Shown piece by piece: positions 35,411 to 46,932 of a DNA stretch of 57,237 nucleotides. The translations under genes and the position numbers were made by a program. This DNA comes from Phoronis australis (Eukaryota; Animalia; Phoronida). Positions within the stretch are counted from its first letter, which is position 1. Each line of letters starts with the position of its first letter. The stretch lies in NCBI GenBank assembly GCA_002633005.1, contig NMRA01000049.1, positions 656,636 to 713,872 on the forward strand, in the 5' to 3' direction. The notes under the pieces were generated by a model. The model saw nothing but the letters and a program-made list of their open reading frames with translations, ran no database searches and had not been told where the DNA came from.

Positions 35411-37548
35411 TGACCTATCGCAAGCTCCGCCCCTATGCGAAAAGTCACGACGGTGATACCCGACATTCGAACGAGATGTCAGAGGAAATACACTGTCGCT
35501 AAACGACGTTTCTGGTGGAATCGATGGGTGTTTTTGCACTATTTGAAAACGCTTCGACAGAGACAAGAGGCGATGCTTTTCAACAGAGAATCGTACGTTC
35601 ATGATATGGGAATTTGTAAAGGTGACGATGAAAAAATGGCTCGAGAAGCCAGCGAAAATCCGAAGAACCCCTCTGCCTCGGGGCCACCTTCACCTGGCAT
35701 TTTTTTAATGTTTATTACGAAATCTTCAGAATACAATGAATATATATAACCCATTAGATCTGGCAAATGACAAGGCCACTGATACGATATGTTCATGTAA
35801 AGCTGGGTATGTACCTTAAAATCGAATTATCTGTACGATTCCATAGATTTCATGATCTTTCTAATAAAATCAGTGAAGATTCACCGATATTTTCTTTCTG
35901 TCGTCTGCTAAATTTCGCCAAATAAAAAGTAGGTCACAACTGGTGGGACTCCCGGAGTAAAGTAGGTCATAGATTACAGACAACACATGCACTGTAGTCT
36001 CTGACTAGGTCGACTCGACAGCACTGTTTACGTTTTTCTAATCTTGTAACGAAACATTTTAATAAAAAAAAATTCAGGTTCTTAGCTCATGTACACATTC
36101 ATCTCGTCCTAGGCAAACAGTTAGCTCCGGCGGGGTAGGTCTAGAGCTGTGTCTAAGTCAGTCAAGTTAATGTCTGGAACTCAGTGGCGGATCTAGGATA
36201 CCACAAGGGGGCTCCAACGTGTTGCTTCGTGGAATTGGGGAAAGTGCAATTGTATGTACACAGGCGGCCCAAAAGTTGCAGGGGACTGGGATGCAGACCT
36301 TTGGACCTTCTGTTCAGAAAATCTATAGGTGGACTAAAAAAAACAGGAACATGATTCCGCCGCGATCTGGGGTCTGAGCCCCCCCTCTTCCGCTACCGGT
36401 CCTAGTTACTGAACTCAATATTTCCTCACGCTTCACGCTCTTGCTGTTTCATTTTGCTTGCGGGGGGCTGCCCCCCTAAATCCGCCTATGGAATTGTCCG
36501 TTTGCACCATTAAGACATTTAAATTAGGCCTACCTCCTTACGAACTTGGCATTTTTTGCAGTTTCATTCCATAAAGGTAACTTTCATTTAATTTTGAAGG
36601 TAGCATAATTACTAAGTCGTGGTATGGTTACAACTTGAAAGATTACAAAAGTCTGGTGTGGTAGTTGCAAAAATAGGGTATTTACAAAAATAACTCAAAT
36701 TCTTTTTTAAAGCTTCATAAATCTAAATATCATGTCTGAACAACTTCAAAATGAGCTCTGTCTAACTCTACAGACATAGTGTATACTAGAGGTACACGTC
36801 AAAAAGTAATTCAACAGTTAATGTTTAGTGACAACAGCTCGACCAAGGCTTTGAGTTACCGGCAGAAATCATAATCCAGTGCCCTCGATCCCTGTGCAGA
36901 TCGAATCTCTGAATGTTGACCGGGAGAGAAGTTCATTTGAACGCCAGCCTACGGGTTTATGAATAACAAAAACGTACCTCTGTTAGGTTGAAACAAATAA
37001 AAAAAATAAAATGAAGATGTCCTTGAAAACAACAATTTCCGGGGACTATACCGCTAGAGTGCTGAGATATAGCAGGTGTCGAGACAAAGGCGGCCAGACG
37101 TAGGAAACTCTGGAGTCACAATCTGAGATAACCCTTCACCATAGCCACCAAGCTGAAAAGTGCGTATCTTGGAACTAATATATTTGTGTTTATTATAGCC
37201 TTCGAGTTATCAAGCAACATCGCTAAGTTCAGCTGCTCGTGTGACCGTACAGTTTGATCCATAGTTTACGCTTTACAACATCATTTTTCGGCTTAGGACA
37301 TGCCAAAAAATGACGGGATATTATTCTGGAGTAGCATAACGGCTGTCGGTGCTACACACGCCATATCAACACCATTTCCCCATTCTTAGCGGACAATTTC
37401 TTGAGCTATAGACTAAAGTAAGTTTTACTCGACTACGTGTGGTTTGTCGGGTATAATGGCAGCTTGGAAACGCAGACGAAGGTGTGCCAAGAATGCTTTG
37501 TTCTGATTGGTCAATTAAGCCGTCCGTCATAATCCTGGCGATAGGTCA
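35411..37548 (-). mobile_element. ISL2EU-like non-autonomous element A, copy 1 (AT TSD)
   Basis: aAT|TGACCTATCGC ... GCGATAGGTCA|ATt; THAP remnant on the - strand from 37383; near-identical inverted copy at 44894-46932. Confidence 0.8.
36182..36490. mobile_element. hAT-type MITE nested in element A (TSD gaact/gaatt)
   Basis: CAGTGGCGGATCTAGG...TCCGCCTATG; the same insertion is present in copy 2. Confidence 0.8.
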
Positions 37549-38694
37549 ATTGTCCAGCACCGTAGCATATGTCAAACTTTGTTTAATTTATAAAGGATAG
37601 ATAAGTCTCATTTCATCCATAATGACCATGGCATGACCATGTTCAAAACTTTCTTTAGGATGAATATATATAGATTATGCAACGTAGGTGTTTGTACCAG
37701 TGGTTATTATATCGAGATTCGCGATATGCAAAAGTATTTGAACGAGGCAAATTATCCTATACGACCCACTGAGGATTCTTTAAAGAAGCGAGTTTACACA
37801 GATTGCTCCGCTTGTCTTGGTGTCGTTTGTCATCTTTTACTAATGATGATCGCAGATCGCGTGACACGTGTACGTGCACGCAATATTTTTATGAATGATT
37901 TTCACGGCAGTCAAGTTGTATTTTACAGCAGCTGAAGGCTTGGGGTGCATATCTGCTATTTTCAGTATTTTCGTCAGAGATTGAGCCAAATCTATTTCTA
38001 AGTTAAAGTCTGCTTACGTTTCTGACGATTTTCTTGACTTCGTTGAGTAATATCTGTGCAGAACACCCAGACGTTGTGGCTGATGCACGTTCAGACGCTT
38101 CTTAAAATGCTCCTTGCTCACTTTTCTTATCATTTTTAGGTTGAAAGTATTCCGAAGTATGTCATAAAATTGACAAAAATACAATATTTACAGCAGTTGC
38201 AGTTTCGCTTTTGGGCTCGACGTATTTTGATTGTTTTTGAGAACGAATTTAAAAATTGACTCATGTTTGACCGTAAAGAACCTCAACTGGTGTAGTGCAA
38301 TAGTTGACCAAAAAGAGGCAGGCATTGGAAATGCTTTCCTAATCCTAAATATATTGTGGCAAGTTCGAGACTTTTTGTGATTCAAGTGTTTTGCTCAGGT
38401 GCAAAATTTCAAGGTATAATAAGAAAAATTGTCAACAATATTTTTATTTCATTTTTTGGTTTAGTTTTGAAAACGCATGTCATAGTATTGGCATGTGAAA
38501 ACATTGCGCATGGAGCTGAACCCAAAGTTATGCTATATATACAATCTTGCTTTATCTACTGTTGTGTATTGTGTGCTCAAGAGGGAATTTTGGCGAGAAC
38601 AGAGGCATCTGTATTCAACGTGCGTTGAATGTGGAAGAGTAGTTCTTCCATATCAGACTTCACTATACGACCCGTATTACATGGCCATACCGTG

Positions 38695-40851
38695 ACGCGT
38701 ATAGGATAAATATAGATTATTACATGTCCTCAGTCGGCATCCCCCTTTTCTAGAGCCCTCGTAGGATTTTGGAGACTTATTATCGCCCTCGGGGCAACAT
38801 TGCAATGAGTCGATCTACATGTACCTTTTCGCGACTCACCGCGGCTTTGTAACTACTTTCTATGACAGAGGCCCGGGGTCGGACTTTTTAGAAATTTCGA
38901 GCTATTTTTGTCAAATAATGCTTTTACTCAAAAAGATTTGAAAATTTAAACAAAATAGAAATCGCATTCAAATTGGAGATCTGTGAATTGCAAGTGAGAG
39001 AACACGAGAGAAAAAATCACTGAATTAAGGTATCGTTTTTATGGAAATTATGCGTTTCATAACGTATATCTGTCAGTACAATGCCCTTCGTTGAACATGG
39101 GTTTGTTGCGCGTGCTCATTTTATTCATAATATTGTGGTATAAATATAGATTATTACATGGCGACGTCGTTATCCCCCGTTATCTAGAGCCCGGGTGGAT
39201 TTTGGAGAATTATCGCCCGAGGGGCTTAGGCCCGAAGGTGATATATCTGCAAAATCCACGAGGGCTCTAGATAAGGAGTTAACGACTGAGAACATGTAAT
39301 AATCTATTTATACCACATACTGAGCGAGAAACATTATAATGAATCGATCTACCTTTCTCGACTCGCCTCGGCTTTGTAACTACTTTCTATGTCAGAGGCC
39401 CGGGGTCGGGGGTCGTGACCTTTTAAGAAAAGCCGAGCTATTTTTGTCAAATAATGCTTTTACTCAAAACCAATTGAAAATTTAAACAAAATAGAAATAA
39501 AGTGAATCTGTAAATTAAGGTTTAGCAACTATTATAGCTTTTATACATTTTATCACGCTAAGCTTCGACCGGGAAAATATCGTGTGCTAAAGTAGGTTAC
39601 CAATAGTAACTGAGTATAATGCTCAAGTTAAAGGATCCCGGCGACACGATGCCCGCATTCAAATTGGAGATCGGTGATTTACAAGTGAGAGAATACGAGA
39701 GAATAATTTCACAGAATTAAGATATCGTTTTTAAGCAAATTATGCGTCTTATTTTTCATAGCGTATAAATGTCGGTACAATGCACTTTGCTGAACATGCG
39801 ATTGCTGCGCGTGCTCATTTAAGTATTTTATTTTCACGTTCTATGACGTCAGCTGCTGAGTGGTGTGGTGGTAAAGTCGGCGACTCGCAACTTTTGAGGC
39901 CCGGCCTCGGTTTCCCGCCAAAATGTTATCTCACTAGTTAGATAACTTTATTTGTTATTACACGGTTGTATCTGCCATTCGACGCTAATATTGTGGTATA
40001 AAACTCGTTATACCACAATGTTAGCGTCGAATGGCAAATACAATCGTGTAATAACCCACTTCGTTTTCTCACTAGTGAGATAACAATTTAGCGGGAAACC
40101 GAGATCGGTTTCTAACCCGGGCCTCAAGAGTTTCGAGTTTACCACTACACCACTCAGCGGCTGACTTCATCAAACGTGAAAATAGAGTACTTAAATGAGC
40201 ACGCGCAACAATCGCATGTTCAGCAAAGGGCATGGTACCGACATTTCTACGCTATGAAAAATAAGGCTCACAATTTCCATAAAAATGATATTTCAATTCA
40301 GTGAAATTTTTCTCTCAAGTTCTCTCACTTGTAAGTCACCGATCTCCAATTTGAATGCGGGTATCGTGTAGTCAGGATCCTTTGACTTGAGGATTATGCT
40401 CAGTTACTAGTGGTAACCTACTTTAGCAGACGACATTTTCCCGGTCGAAGCTTAGCGTGATAAAATGTGTAGTAAGCTATAATAGTTGCTAAACCTTAAT
40501 TTATAGATTCACTTTATTTCTATTTTGTTTAAATTTTCAATTGGTTTTGAGTAAAAGAATTATTTGACAAAAATAGCTCGGCTTTTCTTAAAAGGTCACG
40601 ACCTCCGACCCCGGGCCTCTGACATAGAAAGTAGTTACAAAGCCGTGGAGAGTCAGAAAAGGTAAATCGATTCATTGCAGTGTTTCTCGCTCAGTATGTA
40701 GTATAAATAGATTATTACATGTTCTCAGCCGTTATCCCCCTTATCTAGAGCCCTCGTGGATTTTGGAGAATTCTCCAAAATCCACTCGGGCTCTAGATAA
40801 CGAGGGATAACGACTTCGCCATATAATAATCTATATTTATCCCATACGCGT
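38695..40851. repeat. Three-unit hairpin-bearing element array (U1 deleted, forward; U2 forward; U3 reverse) forming a roughly 1.7-kb palindrome
   Basis: U2 (39134-40001) and U3 (40008-40846) are inverted around a 6-nt spacer AACTCG. U1 (38700-39144) is an internally deleted direct copy. The array is bounded by ACGCGT at both ends. Confidence 0.85.
40106..40158 (-). promoter_or_regulatory. tRNA-like Pol III A/B boxes inside unit U3 (degenerate counterpart at about 39855-39915, + strand)
   Basis: TGGTGTAGTGG ... GGTTAGAAACC. Confidence 0.4.
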
Positions 40852-42759
40852 TGAATAAATTGAAAGCAATACGGCTATATGATATTGTTTTCCGTATTGC
40901 ACTCCCGGGATTACTTCTTACAGTGCCCCGTATACTCACACATGAAGTCACTGTCGACTCGATCTCGCTCAATAGCTGCCTTGATCATCAATCTTTTCTA
41001 AAATTGTTTAAAGTAATAAAGTCACAGCAGTTTAATTAACACTCAACATGCTATAAGGTCACAAACATAACACCTGGTACAAGACTGTTAATTATATAAC
41101 ACATAATGTCTCATTTTTATTTGCTGAAGTATCGTCTGCAACTCAGGTGCTGGTTCCTGGGTAGACCTGGCTACAATGTTCAATATTCTTGTTATATAAT
41201 TATTTTTAAATAGTTACAAGTTCAAGGCACAATTAATGTTGTGTTCATCCTTGTTTCCTCCTTTCAAGTAATAAATTGTTACATTTAATAATTTTTCTTT
41301 TACTAGAGAAAAATTGTGACGTAACGCGCAAGTACATACCATAGAACTGTAGCCCTGAAATGCCAACTCAAATCTCGCGGCCTGAGGTTGTGCCGCGCAT
41401 GCGTGATAGTTGTTTGCATTCGTTTCTTCCGGTGTGTGTACTTCCTATGGAATTCACTGTCATTAAACTTTTCGCAACTCCGCCGTTTTTCAACCGAATT
41501 GCATAAGAGTCACATCATTAGAAAGCCGTACGTCAGTTCTTGATGATTATATCATAAGCAAAAGATAAATAATTTTTGATAAGTAATTATCATTTAGCAT
41601 GCCTGACTGGTTTAAAATATATTTTTTAATTCCCAAAACCAAGAATGCTACCAAAATTCGAAAAATAACAGCGTGTAATAGTAAAACAAAAAAGGTAATG
41701 AACCACAGAGGTTACGTAATGGCCATATAAGCTATTAGGGAAATAATTTCAATGATTCAAAAGATTTTTACCCAATAAAGATGGAGGTTTTAGAAAATGG
41801 AACTCAGCAGTTTTCACTGATTTTGGTCTTGAAAAAAACAGATCTTGGCAGCTCCAACAGTCTGTACAAGATATACAAATGCACAAAGTTTATTGAAACC
41901 GATTCCAAAGTCATTTCCATCCTTTACAACTACCGGATGATCTGCCGGCTATTGAAAAATGAACAAAATACACCAAAATGAGCAGTTTCCACCCCAAAGT
42001 CACCATTTTGCACGCTAAGAACTGAAAGACAGTGTCTCCAGACTGCCTGAGTAATAGTAACAACGACTACACGTGGTGCTGGTGTACGCAAAATAAGGGG
42101 ATTCATTGTGTATTTCATTATTCTAGCAGAGACCGTAGAGAGGGGGACGTATCTTTCGGCGAAATCTCATTGGACGGCCTGAGTGGTGGACATTGTTGTT
42201 TCAAGGACCGTAGCGATCGACACCTAGCGGGCGTGTGTAACAAATATGGTGGACGCTCGTAACTGAGACAAGACATTCTACTGCTATTTTCGTTTGTATT
42301 TTCTAACTCAATAATCTTCTGGTTATCATAACATTGTTCCGGTTTATTAAAATACGAAGACTGCTGGACTGATGTCATGCGTTCGTTGTGCTGTGTTTAG
42401 TCCTGGGTCAATTGACAGTGGAATTGTTTTTTGTGGTATCTAATGAATGAGCTAGCTCATTTTTGGCGGTCGTTTTTGGGGTTTCTGGCGGGCCGTTTCC
42501 AAAGTGCAATTTATCTGTCATGGGTCATTCGGTGTTCAGTACGGCAAGGTTGTTCGTGTTAAATCATCTTTGGCCGGTACCGGGAATATTTAATCTAGCT
42601 CACCTTTTGATCACCTCGTAGGGGCCAGACACAGACAGCACACATCGGCAAACATCCATTTCTGTACATACTGGTATGCACTCAACTGCATCTGTGGTCA
42701 AATATTTACGTTGTCTGTAAAAGGAGGGCACGGCAAATTTTTTCTCTCATCAAAATCAG

Positions 42760-42905
42760 ACAGAAGTTCATAAGTCGCCAAAACACATCGCAATTGCCTT
42801 GTGCTTAGTGACGCTCCAAAACGACTCATGGGTTCTTTTTAATGTTTCATTCTGAGTCGGTCCTATTTTAAATAAATCGACAATACGCTTGTTTCGGTCA
42901 TCCAT
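42760..42905 (-). pseudogene. N-terminal remnant of a putative IS3EU-type transposase
   Basis: MDDRNKRIVDLFKIGPTQNE..., frameshift, ...GASLSTRQLRCVLATYEL; resembles the helical N-terminal domain of eukaryotic integrase-core transposases (recognised by eye). Confidence 0.4.
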
Positions 42906-42944
42906 TTTAATTTGAAACCAAGGTAGCAACCTCGACATCGTAAC

Positions 42945-43206
42945 TCTATCGATAGAGTTAATAAGTCTATCGGTAGAGTTAAAAAGTCTATCGAAAGAGA
43001 TGTTAAGTCTATCGATAGAGTTAGTAAGTCTGTCGCTACATTTAGTACATCTATCGTTGGAGATAGTAAGTCTATTGATAGAAATAGTAAGTCTGTCGAT
43101 AGAGTTAATAAGTGTATCGATAGAGTTAGGAAGTCTATCGATAGAGATACTAAATTGATCGATAGAGATAGTAAGTCTATCGATAAAGATAGAAAGTCTA
43201 TCGATG
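42945..43206. repeat. 21-bp minisatellite (TCTATCGATAGAGTTAATAAG), about 12 copies
   Basis: Tandem array with palindromic core CTATCGATAG; source of the spurious SIDRL/LSIDL ORFs. Confidence 0.9.
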
Positions 43207-43947
43207 GAATTAGCAACGGAGACAAAAAGTATAACACACGGAGTCATATATGCCAATTCAAATTTTGTTGAAACAAAGAAAAACAAATTAAATCCATCTC
43301 ACACATATCTTGCTTACACTTACCGCCACACTCAGTATGTACTTCGAACTAAACAATACGTAATACAAAAATCAACTTATACATTATAAAAAGCTTGTCT
43401 ACTCAATAAAAAGTATTTCAACAGTTCACCAGTCTGTTTGGTGCCTAATACATGTATGAGTTTCTGAGACACAGCAAAAGCCAACATACTGTCAAACTTG
43501 AAATCAACAGTGCAGTGATCTAAGAACCCTACTTTTAGACAAAATTGGAAACGTATTAGCAATGACGGACTCTGAAATCTAGCTCAGACAGGCGTATCTT
43601 TTTTACCCAGATACTGACAAAATCAGAACGGACTTTTAAATTATTGAATTGCAAGGTATAAAAAATGGTTGCCAATTTCGAGGTCCAACGGCAACCCCCC
43701 CAATCAAATATAGGGTCTGTGCTCCCCGGGATAATGACTGATAAAGCCAAAATGAGTTAGCCGTGTCTACATCTATATGGCATGCCGAGACAAGTTATTA
43801 TTCCTTAGCTGCCCCCTGTTGGAGGTGTGACAGTTATAAAACATCATTGGATTCATACAACATCAGTTAACTGTTTAAATAACCATTTCGCCTGTCACTG
43901 TGCCTGTGTTGTTGGTCATGTTACATCACAGAAGTCCTAAACAAGCA

Positions 43948-44194
43948 TATCGATAGACTTACGAAATATATCAATAGAGATAATAAGTCTATCGATAGAG
44001 TTAATAATTCTGTCGATAGAGTTACTAATTCTATCGATAGAGATAGTAAGTCTATCGATAGAGATAGTAAGTCAACCGATAGAGTTACCAAGTCTGTCAA
44101 TACAGATAGTAAGTCTATCGGTAGAGTTAAAAAGTCTATCGATAGAGATAGTAAGTCTATCGATAAAGTTACTAAGTCTATCGATAGAGTTAGT
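43948..44194. repeat. 21-bp minisatellite, second array, about 12 copies
   Basis: Same unit and orientation as the first array; abuts the right TIR. Confidence 0.9.
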
Positions 44195-44893
44195 AAAGAA
44201 GAAAAAAATTGCCGTGCAGTCCTTTTACAGCCACCGTAGATATTGGTACCTCGTTCATCTGTGCTAAGTGCTCTGGGCTGCCGGTAAATTACCGCTCTCT
44301 GACACCTGCTTCTAGTCATTATGGATAAGCACTCTGCTGGCAACCGGCATAAAAATGAGGTGTCTGTGCAAGGGTCTGAAATTTGGGTAATTTATTCTAG
44401 AACCACGTAGTTAACTGTCAATTACCAAGTGACTCAAGCCATTAGGAGGCACAGAACAGTTCTCACTGATGTTGGTTTTGCTGGGCAAAATCCACATCAC
44501 TTGATATGTCACCTTTTCTTCACTCTGTCAAAAACAGGATGCAAAGAATGACATGTTTTCAGTTATTTCACATAAAAAGCCCTGCAGATGAGCGCAGAAA
44601 CTTTATTCTCTCTTGTATTTTTGACCCTTTCAATCCCACTGAAAACCAAGCTAGACTAAGAAAAATAGGGGCAAAAAAGTGCAAAATCGGCACTTTTCAC
44701 CCCAAAAACACCACTTCCCTGCCGATGCACGACTTAGACCAACAGTAGATTCTGAAAGCAAATTTCCTACAGATTCCGAAAATGTGGCCCCAAAGTACTG
44801 TCAACAAACTAGTTTTTTTTGGCAATTCTGGCTTGTTTGAGTGCTACCTAAAATCGCAGTAAATTTCTCAGTCGCTACCCAGCAATGCACAAT

Positions 44894-46932
44894 TGACCTA
44901 TCGCCAGGATTATGACAGACGGCTTAATTGACCAATCAGAACGCAGCATTCTTGGCACACCTTCGTCTTCGTTTCCAAGCCGCTCTTTTACCCGACAAAC
45001 CACACGTAGTCGAGTAAAACTTACAGTGTACTTTAGTCTATAGCTCAAGAAATTGTCCGCCAAGAATGGGGAAACGGTGTTGATATGGCGTGTGTAGCAC
45101 CGACAGCCGTTATGCTGCTCCAGAATTATATCCCGTCATTTTTTGGCATGTCCTAAGCCGAAAAATTGATGTTGTAAAGCGTAAGCTTTGGATCAAACTG
45201 TACAGCCACATGAGCAGCTGAACTTAGCGATGTTGCTTGAGAACTCGAAGGCTATAATAAACACAAATATATTAGTTCCAAGATACGCACTTTTCAGCAG
45301 GGGTATCTCAGATTTTGACTCCCGAGTTTCCTACGTCTGGCCGCCTTTGTCTCGGCACCTGCTGGATATCAGCACTCCGGAAATTGTTGTTTTCAAGGAG
45401 ATTTTTATTTTATTTTTTTTTTAAATATTTCAAACTAATGGACATTATTTTGTTTCGTATCAGAGGTACAATTGTGTTATTCATAAACCATAGGCTGGCG
45501 TTCAACTGAACTTCTCTCCCGGTCAAAATTCAGAGATTCGATCGGCACAGGGAAGGGCATTGGATTACTGCCGAAACTGTTGAATTACTTTTTGACGTGT
45601 AACTCTAGTATACACTATGTCTGTAGAGTTAGAGAGAGCTCATTTTGAAGTTGTTCAAACATGATATTTAGATTTATGAAGCTTTAAAAAAGAATTTGAG
45701 TTATTTTTGTAAATACCCTATTATTGCAACTACCACACCAAACTTGCAATCTTTTGTAACCATACCACGACTTAGTGATCATGCTACCTTCAAAAATAAA
45801 TGAAAGCTACCTTTATGGAATGAAACTACAAAAATGCCAAGTTCATAGGAAGGTAGGCCTAATTTAAATGTCTTAATGGTGCAAACGGATAATTCCATAG
45901 GCGGATTTGGGGGGGGGGGGCAGGGGCTCCAGCCCCCCTTGCCTGCCGCAAGCAAAATGAAACAGCAAGAGCATGAAGCGTGAGGAAATATTGACTTCAG
46001 TAACCAGGACCGGTAGCGGAAGAGGGGGGCTCAGACCCCAGATCGCGGCGGAATCGTGTTCCTGTTTTTTTAGTCCACCGATAGATTTTCTGAACAGAAG
46101 GTCCAACGGTCTACATCCCTGGCTCCTGCAACTTTCGGGCCGCCTGTGCATATACAATCGCACTTTTCCCAATTCCACGAAGCAACATATGTTGGGCCCC
46201 CCTGTGGTATCCTAGATCCGCCACTGAATTCCAGTTATTAATTTGACTTAGACACAGCCCTAGACTTACCCGGAGCTATCTGTTTGCCTAGGACGAGATG
46301 AGTGTGTACATGAGCTATGAACCTGAATTTTTTATCAAAATATTTCGTTACAAGATTAGAAAAGCGTAAACAGTGCTATCGAGCCGACCTAGTCAGAGAC
46401 TATAGTGCATGTGTTGTCTGTAATCTATGACCTACTTTACTCCAGGAGTCCCACCAGTTGTGACCTACTTTTCATTTGGCGAAACAATTATTTAGCAGAC
46501 GATAGAATAAAAATATCGGTGAATCTTTACTGATTTTATTCGAAAGATCATGAAATCTATGGAATCGTACAGATAATTCGACTTTAAGGTACATACCCAA
46601 CTTAACCTGAACATATCGTATCAGTGGCCTTGTCATTTGTCAGGTGAAGGTGGCCCCGAGGCCGAGGGGTTCTTCGGATTTTCGCTGGCTCCTCCTGGAG
46701 CACTTATTTTTTCATCGTCACCTTTACAAATTCCCACATCATGAACGTACGATTCTCTGTTGAAAAGCATCGCCTCTTGTCTCTGTCGAAGCGTTTTAGT
46801 CAAATAGTGCAAAAACACTCATCGATTACACCAGGAACGTCGTTTAGCGACAGTGTATTTGCCTCTGACATCTCGTTCGATTGTCGGGTATCACGCGACT
46901 TTTCGCATAGGGGCGGAGCTTGCGTTAGGTCA
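44894..46932 (+). mobile_element. ISL2EU-like non-autonomous element A, copy 2 (inverted relative to copy 1)
   Basis: aAT|TGACCTATCGC ... GCGTTAGGTCA|ATt; nested MITE at 45896-46226 with perfect TSD (AATTC on + strand). Confidence 0.8.
45066..45295 (+). pseudogene. THAP domain remnant of element A
   Basis: MGKRC*YGVCSTDSRY...PKPK...LWIKL...EQLN...NKHKYISSK..HF, with frameshifts. Confidence 0.65.

Larger units (their letters stand above)
42707..44238 (-). mobile_element. IS3EU-like non-autonomous element, 6-bp TSD aatatt/gatatt
   Basis: Roughly 38-bp TIRs TACG(T/G)TG(T/G)CTGTAAAAGGA..GCACGGCAA..TTTTTTC; internal minisatellites; N-terminal transposase-like remnant. Confidence 0.7.

Noticed and set aside
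38010-38100. Minus-strand GTAAGC donor as the 5' UTR exon of the LRR gene
   Set aside because: Cannot be distinguished from chance donor sites without transcript data.
29128-40158. Functional tRNA genes at the A/B-box segments (29128-29195 and 40106-40158)
   Set aside because: No complete cloverleaf or anticodon arm; reported only as tRNA-derived.
42945-44194. CRISPR-like appearance of the palindromic short repeats
   Set aside because: Units are contiguous with no unique spacers, the context is eukaryotic, and there are no cas genes.
42768-44343. ORFs with SIDRLT/LSIDLL heptad repeats that look like leucine zippers or LRRs
   Set aside because: They are translations of the stop-free strand of a 21-bp minisatellite and are open in more than one frame.
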